Part shown: positions 12,001 through 22,240 of the stretch, piece by piece
Position numbering within the stretch: the stretch's first letter is position 1
Layout: every line of letters starts with the position of its first letter
NCBI GenBank assembly: GCA_037045295.1
Contig: JBAOHS010000008.1
Location: 401,171 to 465,170 of the forward strand
DNA from: Ferruginibacter sp.
GTDB taxonomy: Bacteria; Bacteroidota; Bacteroidia; Chitinophagales; Chitinophagaceae
Length of the DNA: 64,000 bases
Direction: 5' to 3'
Made by a program: the position numbers and the translations under genes
Notes under the pieces: generated by a model
What the model saw: the letters and a program-made list of their open reading frames with translations, nothing else
Told to the model about the DNA's origin: nothing
Database searches by the model: none

Positions 12001-15000
12001 TTAAGGTATAAATACCGGCAAAACAGTTGTTTTTCCATCTGCCGAAGTAATGCTCATTTTATAATTGCCTGATGGGAACTGGTTACCCAAAGACAATGTT
12101 TTGATTTCTGCTGCTGAATTAATTTTAACCTGAGCCTGCTGTACCAGTTGTGCACTGGTATTGTAAATTTTTACAGTGTAGGTTCCTGCAGCCTGGTTGG
12201 TGAAATGAATGCGTGCAATCCTGTCGGCAACCGGATTCGGATATACTGTAATCGTTCCTGGCGTTTTAACCGGTTCAACTTTTACAATATTGCTGAACTG
12301 AATATATCCGTTTGCACTGATCGCTTTAATTCTGTAGAAATTGTTTCCGGTGAATGGATGCTGATCGATTTGCTGGTAATCGGTATTTCCACCATTATTG
12401 AGTTTTGGCAACACATCAGCAATTGATGTAAACTGACGACCATTGTCACTTCTTTCGATGCTGTATTTTTCAATACCAATTTCATTGTCTGCTTTCCAGT
12501 TTACAGCAATCGTAGCATCACTGTTACGGCTAGCCGAAAGTTTAGTGATGATCACCGGAACAGTTCTCAGTGCTTTGAAAACAACATAGAATCTATCAGC
12601 AGCAGCAGAAGCTGCATCGGTAGTAACAGTGAAATCCACAGAAGTGATTCCGTTCAATGCAACCGGTGTGGTGGTATTGAGGAACTTATCTACCAATTTG
12701 GCTTCAAGACCTGCATTGGCCATATTCTCAGGATTGAACCTGAACTGGTAAGTTTGTCTGCGTAGATTATTCATCCTGTAATAAACAGTATCGCTGCTGT
12801 TCACCATTTTCCTGGTTTCGAGCGCATAATTGTTGCCCGATTTTACCACGCCGATGTTTTCACCTGTATTCATGATTTTCAGGGCGTCGTTGGCATCGTG
12901 ATCATTTGAAAAATCATCATCCAATGCTACCACGTTTCCATCAGACAAAGGTGCATCGTTTGCATTTCCGGCATGTAAAGCAAGGCGGAAGTATTGCCTG
13001 TTGGCCAAACCTGAAGCATTGTTTGCATTTCCACGGAATACCATGTTATGTGCATTTACTTTACTTGCTTCAGTGAATGTTACGGTTCCTCCTGCATTGG
13101 TTGAGTAAACAAAGAAGGCTTGTCCGGATTGTATTAACTGATAAGGAGTGTTGGCATCATAATTTGCCGTACCACCCGGAATGGGTTTCCAGCCATTGGC
13201 CTGACTGATGGTTTGATACCCTCCCAGCCCGTTGTAATTCGCAGTAAGCAATGGATCCCAAACATAATATTTCTCATCAACTCCTCCGGTTTTTCCAACC
13301 AGGCTGAAATCAATGGCTGATGCATACGGATTACCGACTGCTTCAAATTTATCGGGCATTACAGTAGTTGGCGGTGGTGCATCAACAGTTAGGGTTGAAG
13401 GAATATACAATTTACCCCTTGCCCTGAGTATGGTTGCATTCGCAGGCTGATTGAAAGCAGTTATGCTTCTGTCGCCCCGAACGAATATCATGTATCCTTT
13501 CTGGTTAGTAATGGGTAAAGATGTTGTGCTGCTGATTCCATCCCAGCCATGTGTAACATGATTATATGTTTTCATCGATGGGCCAGGTGCAGTGAATACA
13601 TCAAAACCCAATGCCGGTGTAGTGGCGCCAGCCAGGTTGCTGGTAATCTGTGTACCAAAACCTGGTACCGGATTCGCATTCGGCGTTGCTGCTCCTTCCT
13701 GCCATGCCTCTTTCACAGTTTGTGTGGTATTCAACGGAACAGAAAGGAATTGCCATGATTTAGCATGTTCGCCCGGATTCACACCGGTAGCAATGAATCT
13801 TTCTACAACAAATCTTCCGGTGCCATAAGTGATGGCGTCGTTGGTATTGATTTTATCAACATTCGCTGTATGAGCCATACCCGACTTCAACGTAATATCT
13901 CCTGTTGCGAGATTCAACTTACCCGCAGTTAAAAGCGATAATTGTTTATCAATGGCGAGGTTTCCATTTACATTTACTCCCACCGTATTATCTACATTAA
14001 AATTGTAAAACTGTATACTGGTACCTGTAGAATTATATTGTTGTGCTACAGTTCCATTCAATAATAATGTACCATTGTTATGACTGAAAGCACTGTTGCT
14101 GTTACTGAAGTTACCCTTCACCGTTAGTGTTCCGGCCGGTGCTGTTTTAACCGATGTACCAGAAAGTGTTAACCCTTCGTAATCTATCAGGTTGGTAATG
14201 GTTTGAGCAACGGTTCCGGCAGGACCTCCATAATACTCAACAGTGGAGTTTGGTTCGAGAACTATAGACGGACTATTTGTATTTTCAATAGAAGTCACCA
14301 ATGAACCGGTAAAACCTGCTGCGTTACCGATTTTAAACACACCGCCATTCTTTACTGTAAAGGTTCCGCCTGATTGCATCTTAACGCCTGTTGCAACTGT
14401 TGGGTTGGCAACATTACTTCCGGAGACATTCAGGTTATAATAAGTTGGCAGATCGAGCCTGATGTCTTCGGTTGTACCTGCAACATTATTTGTAAAATCA
14501 ACCGTTGTACCTGTACCTAATGAATATGTACCTAAGGCATCGGGTTTAATACCGGTACCGGCTGTACGATAAACAGAAGTTCCTGTCATGGTAAGATTGG
14601 TACCTGCACCACCGAATACATAATTCTGTGCATCCACGATGGCCGCATCTTTAATCTGTATTGTTCCTGTTACAGATGGAGTGGCATTATTCAGTGTTTT
14701 AGTACCACTGGTTGAGAAGGTAAGATTCCTGTAATTTCTTCCACCACGTAATAACTGATTACCTGAACCATACAATTCAATTGTACCTCCTGTTATGTTA
14801 TAAGTCGCGATATCAAATTCAGGTAAAATAGTATTCAAACGGGCAAGTTTCAAAAGTCCTGCTGAAATATTAAACGGACTGGTATTGCTGTGCAGTCTGA
14901 ACGTTCCGGCATCATGAGTGCCTGCAGACAGTGTGTAGGCTGAAGAACCTGCACCCTGCACAAATACATCCGACAATTGGGTTAATGTACTGGCGGCTGT

Positions 15001-18000
15001 TTTTCTCAGCTGGTAGAATGTTTCTCCACCAGTTGTATTGATCGTTTGTGTTGTAGTACCATTGAAGTCTACAATACTGTTTTGTTCATTAAAACCTGAT
15101 TGGTTGTAATTCGTCCAGTTTCTTCCCAATGAAATGGTTCTGGTACCACCAATAAATATTGCAGCACCGGTAATGGTAATATCATTTACTACGGTAATAT
15201 TACCAGTTGGATTCTTATTATCTGCATTACTCAAAAGAAGATTTCCATAAACTGGTATATGATGAACTGTTTGACCAATCGGGGCATTGTATTCTACCGT
15301 ACTGGTTGCATTAAAATTATAAGTACTGTAGTTTGCAGGGAAATTACTGGTTCCCACACCGCCATTGTTTCTTCCTATTTTTAAAGTAGAGCCAGCCGCA
15401 AGATTGATACTGCCACCTGCGCTGTTCCTGTTGATCAGTTGTTGAGCGATGTCCAAAGTTGCATTGGTATTTACATTCAGGTTACCAAAATTTCTGAAAC
15501 CACCTGAACCTGATCCCGCCAATACAACTACCGGTGCATTTGTTTCACCAACTTCAGTTGAAGTAGCAGAGAGATAAATAACCTGGCTTCCTGAATTCTG
15601 CGTTACTGTTTGTGTTCCTGTACCATCAAAAATTACCTGTGCCGGTTTGTTGGAAGCATCATTTCCGATACCACCAAGGTTGGCATTTCCCTGCAGATAA
15701 AATTTGCCGGTATTATTGGTTGATGCATACAATGGCATCACCTGGTTGGTAGACGCTGTACCCACCGTAGTTAAATTACCTCCGTAGCGTACAACACCAC
15801 CAGTAGCCACACTGATTTGTGTGATTGAATTGGCAATGGGTATACCGCCACAGTTTGTTGTTAAAGATGTATTATTTAAGATATTTAATGTTCTTGTTCC
15901 CACATTCAACCGGAAGGTTGTTGGTGTGAAATTAAAGAACTGATCTCCTGTTAAATTAGTTGTAAGTGATTTAATGGTTACGTTGTTATTAAAATCAATC
16001 ACTGAATTGGTACCAAAAATGAAAGATGAAAAATCCACATTCATCACAACATCGTTACAATCTGAAGGCACACCTTTAGGCAACCAGTTTTGTGGATTAT
16101 TAAAATTATCATCTCCTGTACCGCCGGTAACACCATCACCATTCCAGGTTTTGGTAACTGCACCTTGTGTGATGGTCATTGCTGAAGCTGCAGAGTTACA
16201 ACCATTGGCGTCAGTAACTGTGAGGCTGTAATTGGCCGGATAAGCAACAGGTGTAGCAGTAGGATTGGCTGCAGATGCAGAACTCAATCCGGTTGCAGGT
16301 GACCATGTATAAGTATATGGACCTGTACCGTTTGATGCTGCCGGCGTTCCACCAATTACAGTTGATGTAACTGAAGTACAGAGTACCTGGTTTCCACCGC
16401 TATTGGCAACCGGTAATGGGTTTACAGTAACGGAAACAGCTGTGGTTGAAAAACAACTTCCTGCTGTTGCGGTTATAGTGAAGTTCGTTGTTTGTTGAGT
16501 ACCGGTATTATTGGTAAGCGTACCTGCAATTGTACTACCCGTTCCATTGTTGGCGATGCCGGTTAAATTTCCGGTATTATTTCTCGACCAGCTGAAATTG
16601 GTACCGGGTACACTATTCGGATTGGTAATAGTAATAGTACCGATTGCTGATCCTGAACATCTTGTTTGTGTTGATGGAGTAGCATTTACTGTTGGTCTTG
16701 GGTTAACCGTAACCGTTACAGTAAAGGTTATAGTACATGGCGGTGTTGAACCATACACAGGAGTAACTGTGTAAGTAGCTGTTTGTGCTGTAGCTGTATT
16801 ATTGGTAAGTGTTCCGGAAATACTGTTGCCTGATCCAGCTGCACCACCGGTCATGCCACCGGTAACTACAGGTGCCGACCAGCTATAACTTGTTCCTGAT
16901 GGGAAACCCGATGGCGTTACCGTAAATGCTGTACCACTACATCCGGTTGTACTGGTAGAGCCTATCGAGCTGGTAGGGTTTACCGTTAGTGTAACTACAT
17001 CACTGGTAACTGTACAACCACCAGACTGCATAATCACTCTGAACTGATGTGTTCCAATAATAGAACTGAATGATGCAACAGGATATTCAGTTGCATTCGC
17101 CGGTAATCCTGCACTAGTCCATGGACCAGCATTGGTAGAATACTGCCAGTTAAAAGTAGCTCCGCCTGGAACTGTATAGTTATAAAGATCAATATCATGT
17201 TCTCCACCTGGGCCTATTTCGCCACAAGTGATAATGGTTTCACTGTTATCATCAGCCACTTGATTAAAACTGATATTCGGAGCCGTAGGAGGATTAGAAA
17301 AAACAATATTTACGGTTGACTGTGAAGTACAGGTTCCGTTGGTGATTGTCCAGCGCAACTGGTATGTTCCTGCACCACCAGCACGGGTAAACGTAGCTGT
17401 AGGGTTAGTTGTACTGCTGAATTGTGCCAAGGAGGTATTCGGTCCTGAAACTACAGACCATGCGCCGGTTCCTACAACGGGAGTATTCGCTGCCAAAACA
17501 ACATTGTTAGCTGGCATACAAACGCTCTGATTGCTTCCAGCAACTGATGTTGTTGGTACCTGGGTTACAGTCACTGCTTTTGTTCTTACAGCACTTGTTC
17601 CACATGAATTACCTGCAGTTACGGTTATATTACCGTTATCACCAGCGGCGCCGGCTGTAACTGTAATGGCAACGGTACCCTGTCCTGCGGTAATTGTCCA
17701 TCCTGCAGGAACAGTCCAGGTATAAACGGTAGCATTGGGTACTGCTGTTATGCTATATGCGTTACCGGTAGTGTTTGAACAGGCAGCATTGGCGCCTGTT
17801 ATGGTACCAGGTGTGGCCGGTACCGGAGGATTCATTGTAACTGTAAGACTTCTGATAGAAGCATAGTTAACAGTGAGCACCGGTGCATTGGCCGCTGAAG
17901 AATAACCAAAGAAATTATACGTTGCAGTTCCTCCTCTTACCAATCCCATTCCGATCCAACCCGGAGCTGCAATCCTTCCCTGGATATCTGTATTGGCCGT

Positions 18001-20310
18001 TGCATTCAGGTTCAGGGATATCTGACCTGTATTAGCCCATGTACCAGAATTATAATTTGCACCGCTTCCGCAGGCAGTGTATAATGTATTAGCGGCAGTA
18101 CTAACAGGATCATTTCCTCCCAGTGCGTTAACCGTATTGGTTGCACCCGAAGCAGAACTACCGTTATTGGTTAAACGAAGTATAGAAGATGTGATGGTTG
18201 ATCCTGTTGGAATTCCACTTAACGGGAATTTAAGGTATCCCCTTCTTTCTGCTCCACCACCTTGCACTGAAATATTATCGGTTGTTTTCGGACCGTTATT
18301 ATCTGTCCAACCTGTATTGTTGGTAGCTGCTACCGGTTTAATATTGATTACCTGAGCCACATCACTGCTTCCGCAGGAGTTTACAGCAGCCACTGTGAAG
18401 TTACCGCCAGCAGCACCTGTAGTGACTGTGATTGAATTGGTGCCCGACCCTGAAGTGATAGACCATCCGGCAGGAATCGTCCAGTTATAACTGGTGGCGT
18501 TCGCAACAGGTGTAACACTATAAACTTGTCCGGTTGTGTTCGGACAAGCCGGTGATGGTCCAGAAATTACACCCGGTGTGGCAGGTGCTGCAGGGTTAAC
18601 CACCACTGCTTTGATCTGAGCTGTACTTGTACCGCAGCCATTGCCAGCAGTTACAGTGATATCGCCATTCTGACCAAATGAACCGGCTGTAACTGTTATA
18701 GAAGTTGTTCCTGCACCAGCGGTAATTGACCAACCGGTTGGAACAGTCCATGTATAGGTTGTTGCATTGGCAACAGGAGCAATCGTAAAAGATAAACCAG
18801 TAGTTCCGGCACAAGCCCCGGCTACTCCGCTGATCACTCCCGGTGTTACAGGAATTGCAGGGTTAAGGGAAATTGCTCTTGTTTGAGTACCGCTGTTACC
18901 ACATGAATTTGCTGCATTCACAGTTATGTTACCAGCAACTGTTCCTGAAGTAACGGTGATGGATGTAGTACCTGCGCCTGCAGTGATCGTCCAGCCGCCT
19001 GGTACAGTCCAGTTGTAAGTTGTTGCATTGGCAACCGGAGCGATGGTATATACCAATCCTCCCGTTGAAGGACACACAGGTGAGCTACCCGAAATTGATC
19101 CCGGTGTAGCGGGTGCCGGTGGGTTCACATCCTGTGAAAGAACAGATGAAGTAGAAGTCGTATAATCAGCATCTCCTGAATATACGGCTGTTAAACTATG
19201 TGATCCTGTTGAAAGAGTTGAAGTACTGAATGTTGCTGAACCAGCAGTAATTGTTGCTGTTCCTAATAAAGTAACCCCATCAAAAAACTGTACTGTTCCG
19301 GTAGCGACAGCAGGGTTAACCGTTGCCGTTAGTGTTATTGAAGAAGAGAAACAAGATGGGTTGATATCTGAAATAAGTGATGTTGTAGTAGAAGCCTGAC
19401 TTACTGTAAAATCGTTTGTTACAGAGAAAGTCAATCCCGATGCATTGGCCATCAGTTTCTTTACACCAGCGGCATTGATCTGCAGATCAGTGTAGGCAAT
19501 GGTTCCGTTACCGGCAGCCGTTCCAATATCGAGGATTGTTGTCCCTGATAAAATACCTGTACCGGCAGAAAGTGTAATGGTAACATTTTTGCTGGCACCC
19601 AGTCCATTGGTACTCGGATTACCAAACTGGTCTTCTGTTATCACTATTGGTTGCTGAGCAAAAATATTTCCAACAACAGCTCCCGATGGTTCAGTGGTAA
19701 ACACCAGAACGGCGGCATCTCCCGGCTGTTGTGATAAGCTTCCAAAATCAGTTCCTGAAGATCCATCTGTATTGCTGGTAGTTATAATGCCGGTAATGGT
19801 AGCTGTTCCCGGGTTTGCAGTTGCAACATACAATTGTCCTGATGAAGGGATGGCAGCACCATCTGTGGCCTGAACTTCTATACCTGAAATGGTAATTACA
19901 TCCAGGGATGATATAGCAGTAACGTCTATGGTTAGGGTAATTTCTGTTGAGCTAACGGCAAGGGATACACTACTAACATCTGCTCCTGTAGCTGCAACAG
20001 CACCAGAAGCTGTATTAAAAGTCCAGCCTGCGGGTGCAGTTATAATAAGTGTTTTAGCAGTTCCGCCGGTATTGACAAAATCATCAGCAGCAGACTCGCT
20101 TATGATGATATCACCCAATGGCGAAAAAACAGGAGCACTTGCATTGGCAGCTTTATCGGCAGATATCAAAGTACCGCCGGTTGCAGGAGTTACAATAACA
20201 TCAGCTTTCAGGCTGAATGAAAGCAACAACAGCAGGCTGATGATTCCCGTTAGCCTCACTTTATTAGCGAAAGCTTTAGATGCAGTTGAATTTTGTAAAC
20301 GTGTTTTCAT
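12001..20310 (-). CDS. 2769-aa T9SS-secreted adhesin-like protein with Ig-like group 3, four PKD-like repeats, a DNRLRE-like domain, SprB-like and beta-helix-like regions, a shared C-terminal module and a CTD
   Basis: Intact ORF with a signal peptide (...LLLLLSFSLKA-DV), a C-terminal TVYPNPV...GNYKMSI...VFIP sorting domain and recognisable repeats. Confidence 0.92.
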   Translation of the reverse strand: MKTRLQNSTASKAFANKVRLTGIISLLLLLSFSLKADVIVTPATGGTLISADKAANASAPVFSPLGDIIISESAADDFVNTGGTAKTLIITAPAGWTFNTASGAVAATGADVSSVSLAVSSTEITLTIDVTAISSLDVITISGIEVQATDGAAIPSSGQLYVATANPGTATITGIITTSNTDGSSGTDFGSLSQQPGDAAVLVFTTEPSGAVVGNIFAQQPIVITEDQFGNPSTNGLGASKNVTITLSAGTGILSGTTILDIGTAAGNGTIAYTDLQINAAGVKKLMANASGLTFSVTNDFTVSQASTTTSLISDINPSCFSSSITLTATVNPAVATGTVQFFDGVTLLGTATITAGSATFSTSTLSTGSHSLTAVYSGDADYTTSTSSVLSQDVNPPAPATPGSISGSSPVCPSTGGLVYTIAPVANATTYNWTVPGGWTITAGAGTTSITVTSGTVAGNITVNAANSCGNSGTQTRAISLNPAIPVTPGVISGVAGACAGTTGLSFTIAPVANATTYTWTVPTGWSITAGAGTTSITVTAGSFGQNGDITVTAGNGCGTSTAQIKAVVVNPAAPATPGVISGPSPACPNTTGQVYSVTPVANATSYNWTIPAGWSITSGSGTNSITVTTGAAGGNFTVAAVNSCGSSDVAQVINIKPVAATNNTGWTDNNGPKTTDNISVQGGGAERRGYLKFPLSGIPTGSTITSSILRLTNNGSSASGATNTVNALGGNDPVSTAANTLYTACGSGANYNSGTWANTGQISLNLNATANTDIQGRIAAPGWIGMGLVRGGTATYNFFGYSSAANAPVLTVNYASIRSLTVTMNPPVPATPGTITGANAACSNTTGNAYSITAVPNATVYTWTVPAGWTITAGQGTVAITVTAGAAGDNGNITVTAGNSCGTSAVRTKAVTVTQVPTTSVAGSNQSVCMPANNVVLAANTPVVGTGAWSVVSGPNTSLAQFSSTTNPTATFTRAGGAGTYQLRWTITNGTCTSQSTVNIVFSNPPTAPNISFNQVADDNSETIITCGEIGPGGEHDIDLYNYTVPGGATFNWQYSTNAGPWTSAGLPANATEYPVASFSSIIGTHQFRVIMQSGGCTVTSDVVTLTVNPTSSIGSTSTTGCSGTAFTVTPSGFPSGTSYSWSAPVVTGGMTGGAAGSGNSISGTLTNNTATAQTATYTVTPVYGSTPPCTITFTVTVTVNPRPTVNATPSTQTRCSGSAIGTITITNPNSVPGTNFSWSRNNTGNLTGIANNGTGSTIAGTLTNNTGTQQTTNFTITATAGSCFSTTAVSVTVNPLPVANSGGNQVLCTSVTSTVIGGTPAASNGTGPYTYTWSPATGLSSASAANPTATPVAYPANYSLTVTDANGCNSAASAMTITQGAVTKTWNGDGVTGGTGDDNFNNPQNWLPKGVPSDCNDVVMNVDFSSFIFGTNSVIDFNNNVTIKSLTTNLTGDQFFNFTPTTFRLNVGTRTLNILNNTSLTTNCGGIPIANSITQISVATGGVVRYGGNLTTVGTASTNQVMPLYASTNNTGKFYLQGNANLGGIGNDASNKPAQVIFDGTGTQTVTQNSGSQVIYLSATSTEVGETNAPVVVLAGSGSGGFRNFGNLNVNTNATLDIAQQLINRNSAGGSINLAAGSTLKIGRNNGGVGTSNFPANYSTYNFNATSTVEYNAPIGQTVHHIPVYGNLLLSNADNKNPTGNITVVNDITITGAAIFIGGTRTISLGRNWTNYNQSGFNEQNSIVDFNGTTTQTINTTGGETFYQLRKTAASTLTQLSDVFVQGAGSSAYTLSAGTHDAGTFRLHSNTSPFNISAGLLKLARLNTILPEFDIATYNITGGTIELYGSGNQLLRGGRNYRNLTFSTSGTKTLNNATPSVTGTIQIKDAAIVDAQNYVFGGAGTNLTMTGTSVYRTAGTGIKPDALGTYSLGTGTTVDFTNNVAGTTEDIRLDLPTYYNLNVSGSNVANPTVATGVKMQSGGTFTVKNGGVFKIGNAAGFTGSLVTSIENTNSPSIVLEPNSTVEYYGGPAGTVAQTITNLIDYEGLTLSGTSVKTAPAGTLTVKGNFSNSNSAFSHNNGTLLLNGTVAQQYNSTGTSIQFYNFNVDNTVGVNVNGNLAIDKQLSLLTAGKLNLATGDITLKSGMAHTANVDKINTNDAITYGTGRFVVERFIATGVNPGEHAKSWQFLSVPLNTTQTVKEAWQEGAATPNANPVPGFGTQITSNLAGATTPALGFDVFTAPGPSMKTYNHVTHGWDGISSTTSLPITNQKGYMIFVRGDRSITAFNQPANATILRARGKLYIPSTLTVDAPPPTTVMPDKFEAVGNPYASAIDFSLVGKTGGVDEKYYVWDPLLTANYNGLGGYQTISQANGWKPIPGGTANYDANTPYQLIQSGQAFFVYSTNAGGTVTFTEASKVNAHNMVFRGNANNASGLANRQYFRLALHAGNANDAPLSDGNVVALDDDFSNDHDANDALKIMNTGENIGVVKSGNNYALETRKMVNSSDTVYYRMNNLRRQTYQFRFNPENMANAGLEAKLVDKFLNTTTPVALNGITSVDFTVTTDAASAAADRFYVVFKALRTVPVIITKLSASRNSDATIAVNWKADNEIGIEKYSIERSDNGRQFTSIADVLPKLNNGGNTDYQQIDQHPFTGNNFYRIKAISANGYIQFSNIVKVEPVKTPGTITVYPNPVADRIARIHFTNQAAGTYTVKIYNTSAQLVQQAQVKINSAAEIKTLSLGNQFPSGNYKMSITSADGKTTVLPVFIP
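17565..19125 (-). repeat. Four intragenic PKD-like repeats of about 85 aa (TPG.I.G...C......Y.I..V.NAT.Y.WTVP.GW.IT.G.GT..ITVT)
   Basis: Three consecutive copies at about 18345-19125 and a fourth at about 17565-17830, after the DNRLRE-like insert. Confidence 0.85.
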
Positions 20311-20594
20311 ACCCTTATCATTTAATTACCCGGTTAATTCCGGTAATTGATTTACAAACTGAATTTGTAAGGCAGTTTTTTCATATTCGGTATACAACCG
20401 GAAATTGAAAATCAACTGTTTGCGATAAGTTAGGGATTAGCGAAACAGTGGTTTAGCTAAGAGATGGATAAGGGTTTATCTACCAAGAATGATGGATGCG
20501 TGTTAACGGAAAACGGTTTTGAGGAAGAGGAAATTTAAAGGTAGTACGGACTTTTCAGAGATGAAGGAGTGAATAGTAATTTTACTATTTGGTA

Positions 20595-20602
20595 CAAATA
20601 TA
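20595..20602 (-). promoter_or_regulatory. Bacteroidetes -7 element TATATTTG for the 2769-aa gene
   Basis: TAnnTTTG match about 285 nt upstream of the ATG at 20310. Confidence 0.55.
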
Positions 20603-20735
20603 GAAAATTAAAATCCAGAATTCAAAGCATTTCAAAAAGGAATTTTGAAAATAAATTTTAAATAATTTATAACGCCACTCATAATCAGTTGATTCAGCAA
20701 TACTTTGTGGATAACAACGCTCAGGTTACAGAAAT

Positions 20736-20763
20736 AAAAAAATGGCATTTAGAAAAATGCCAT
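20736..20763 (-). terminator. Terminator after the 20797-21903 gene
   Basis: ATGGCATTT-AGAA-AAATGCCAT hairpin with an adjacent A-run. Confidence 0.7.
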
Positions 20764-20796
20764 CGTGAGTAGGGATTAAAAACGGGTTAGTACCTA

Positions 20797-21903
20797 TTAT
20801 AAAACATTGATTGTTTTTACAGTGATGGTGTTAGCCGGACTGATTATTTTAAGTCGGTATACACCTGGCGCAACAGTTTTTGGCAGATTAATAACCTGTA
20901 CTGACTGGCCTGAACCTGCCTGTATTGACGATAATGGGATCATATTACCATTTACCGTATATAACATCAGGCTATACTTACCTTCTGTTCCTGCAGGTAA
21001 AATCAGGTTGAGTTTTCTGTCGGCTACCGGGTTAGGATAAACGATCATCTCACTTACAGGAGCGGCGATACTTACTTTCTGGATTGAAGAATAAATCACT
21101 TTACCTTCCAGCGTAGTCGCTTTTATTCGGTAATAATTATCGGCCTTTCTTGAAACAAGATCCGTTGCATTATATGTTTTACTTCCTCCGGCATTTTCAG
21201 GCGCTACAATTTGTATTGAACTGAAATGATTGCGGTCTGTAGAATGTTCGATATTGTAATCAACTATTTCTGATTCGTGTTCAACGACCCATTGCAGATG
21301 AATGGCTGCACCGGAGATTTCTACATTAAATACTCCGATTGTAGGCGTTGGGATCAGTGCCCTGTTTCTGAAAACTACACGAAAGCGATCGAGTGCATAA
21401 GATGCAGCATCGCTGGTTACATTAAAATCATACGTATTATCACCATTCAGAAACAATGCGGTTTTTGATCCGGTAAAAGCATCTTCGAGGAAACCTAACA
21501 GTCCCGGGTGCTCGAGGTTTTTCGTACTAACGATTAACCTGTATTGCCTTTGCAGCATATTCCACATGCAGAAGAATGCGGTATCTTTTACATTTACTTT
21601 TTTACGTTGTTCAATTGCCAAACGGGTGCCTGCACGGAGGATACCGAAATTCTCCCCAAAATTGTTCATTTTAATAGCATCGTCGCCGAGACCATTGGTG
21701 AACATATCATCGTAATTGGTGAGGTTTCCGTCGACCATCCTGGTGGTGCCATTGGCTTCCAGGTGATATAAATTGGCGGAGAGAGATTCTTCAAGACCCT
21801 GCTGGCTTGTATTCTGAGCGCCGGATTGATGTGCAGTGATCAGTAGTAATACAGCTGAGATCAATGTTTTCCCACGCTTTTGCAGTGTAGTTAGCTTTTT
21901 CAC
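20797..21903 (-). CDS. 368-aa T9SS cargo protein made of a signal peptide, the shared C-terminal module, an Ig-like domain and a CTD
   Basis: GTG start; DDAIKMNNFGENFGI...LAIEQR...DAASYALDRFRVVF aligns with the two giant neighbours; ends in VYPNPV...PGVYRLKI...INVL. Confidence 0.88.
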   Translation of the reverse strand: MKKLTTLQKRGKTLISAVLLLITAHQSGAQNTSQQGLEESLSANLYHLEANGTTRMVDGNLTNYDDMFTNGLGDDAIKMNNFGENFGILRAGTRLAIEQRKKVNVKDTAFFCMWNMLQRQYRLIVSTKNLEHPGLLGFLEDAFTGSKTALFLNGDNTYDFNVTSDAASYALDRFRVVFRNRALIPTPTIGVFNVEISGAAIHLQWVVEHESEIVDYNIEHSTDRNHFSSIQIVAPENAGGSKTYNATDLVSRKADNYYRIKATTLEGKVIYSSIQKVSIAAPVSEMIVYPNPVADRKLNLILPAGTEGKYSLMLYTVNGNMIPLSSIQAGSGQSVQVINLPKTVAPGVYRLKIISPANTITVKTINVL

Positions 21904-22115
21904 GTTTAGTTTTTTCAGATTAGGATTTGGATACTACCCTAAAACGCAGGACGAAAATTTCTATTGTGTTCGGGACTAAATACAGGCAAAAAAAAGTTCA
22001 TATGACTTAACTTTTAGTCAATTGAAGAAAAACGCCATACACTTATATATATACTAGTACTTCAGTCTGCCTTCTTAGTGTTTCAGAAAAAATAGCCGTA
22101 TTTTTTTTATTTTTT

Positions 22116-22147
22116 TTTGTTTGAGTAAAAACGCCCCCTTATCTTTG
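22116..22147 (+). promoter_or_regulatory. Bacteroidetes housekeeping promoter for tRNA-Val
   Basis: TTTG at 22116-22119, a 20-nt spacer, then TATCTTTG at 22140-22147. Confidence 0.75.
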
Positions 22148-22165
22148 CCGTCCTTAAAACAGGAA

Positions 22166-22240
22166 GGGAGTTTAGCTCAGTTGGTTTAGAGCATCTGCCT
22201 TACAAGCAGAGGGTCGGCGGTTCGACCCCGTCAACTCCCA
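22166..22240 (+). tRNA. tRNA-Val (anticodon TAC), CCA not encoded
   Basis: GGGAGTT/AACTCCC acceptor stem with discriminator A, GCTC/GAGC D-stem, TCTGC-CTTACAA-GCAGA anticodon arm, GGCGG-TTCGACC-CCGTC T-arm. Confidence 0.97.

Noticed and set aside
21-20350. Plus-strand ORFs such as 21-341, 348-668, 702-944, 16511-16774, 18077-18355 and 19889-20350
   Set aside because: These are antisense shadows of the Thr/Gly/Asn/Ser-rich minus-strand genes, giving Val/Pro/Leu-rich translations with no independent features.
20706-20714. Perfect DnaA box (TGTGGATAA), with a 1-mismatch box at 11875-11883
   Set aside because: Isolated single boxes with no cluster, DUE or dnaA context; expected by chance in 64 kb.
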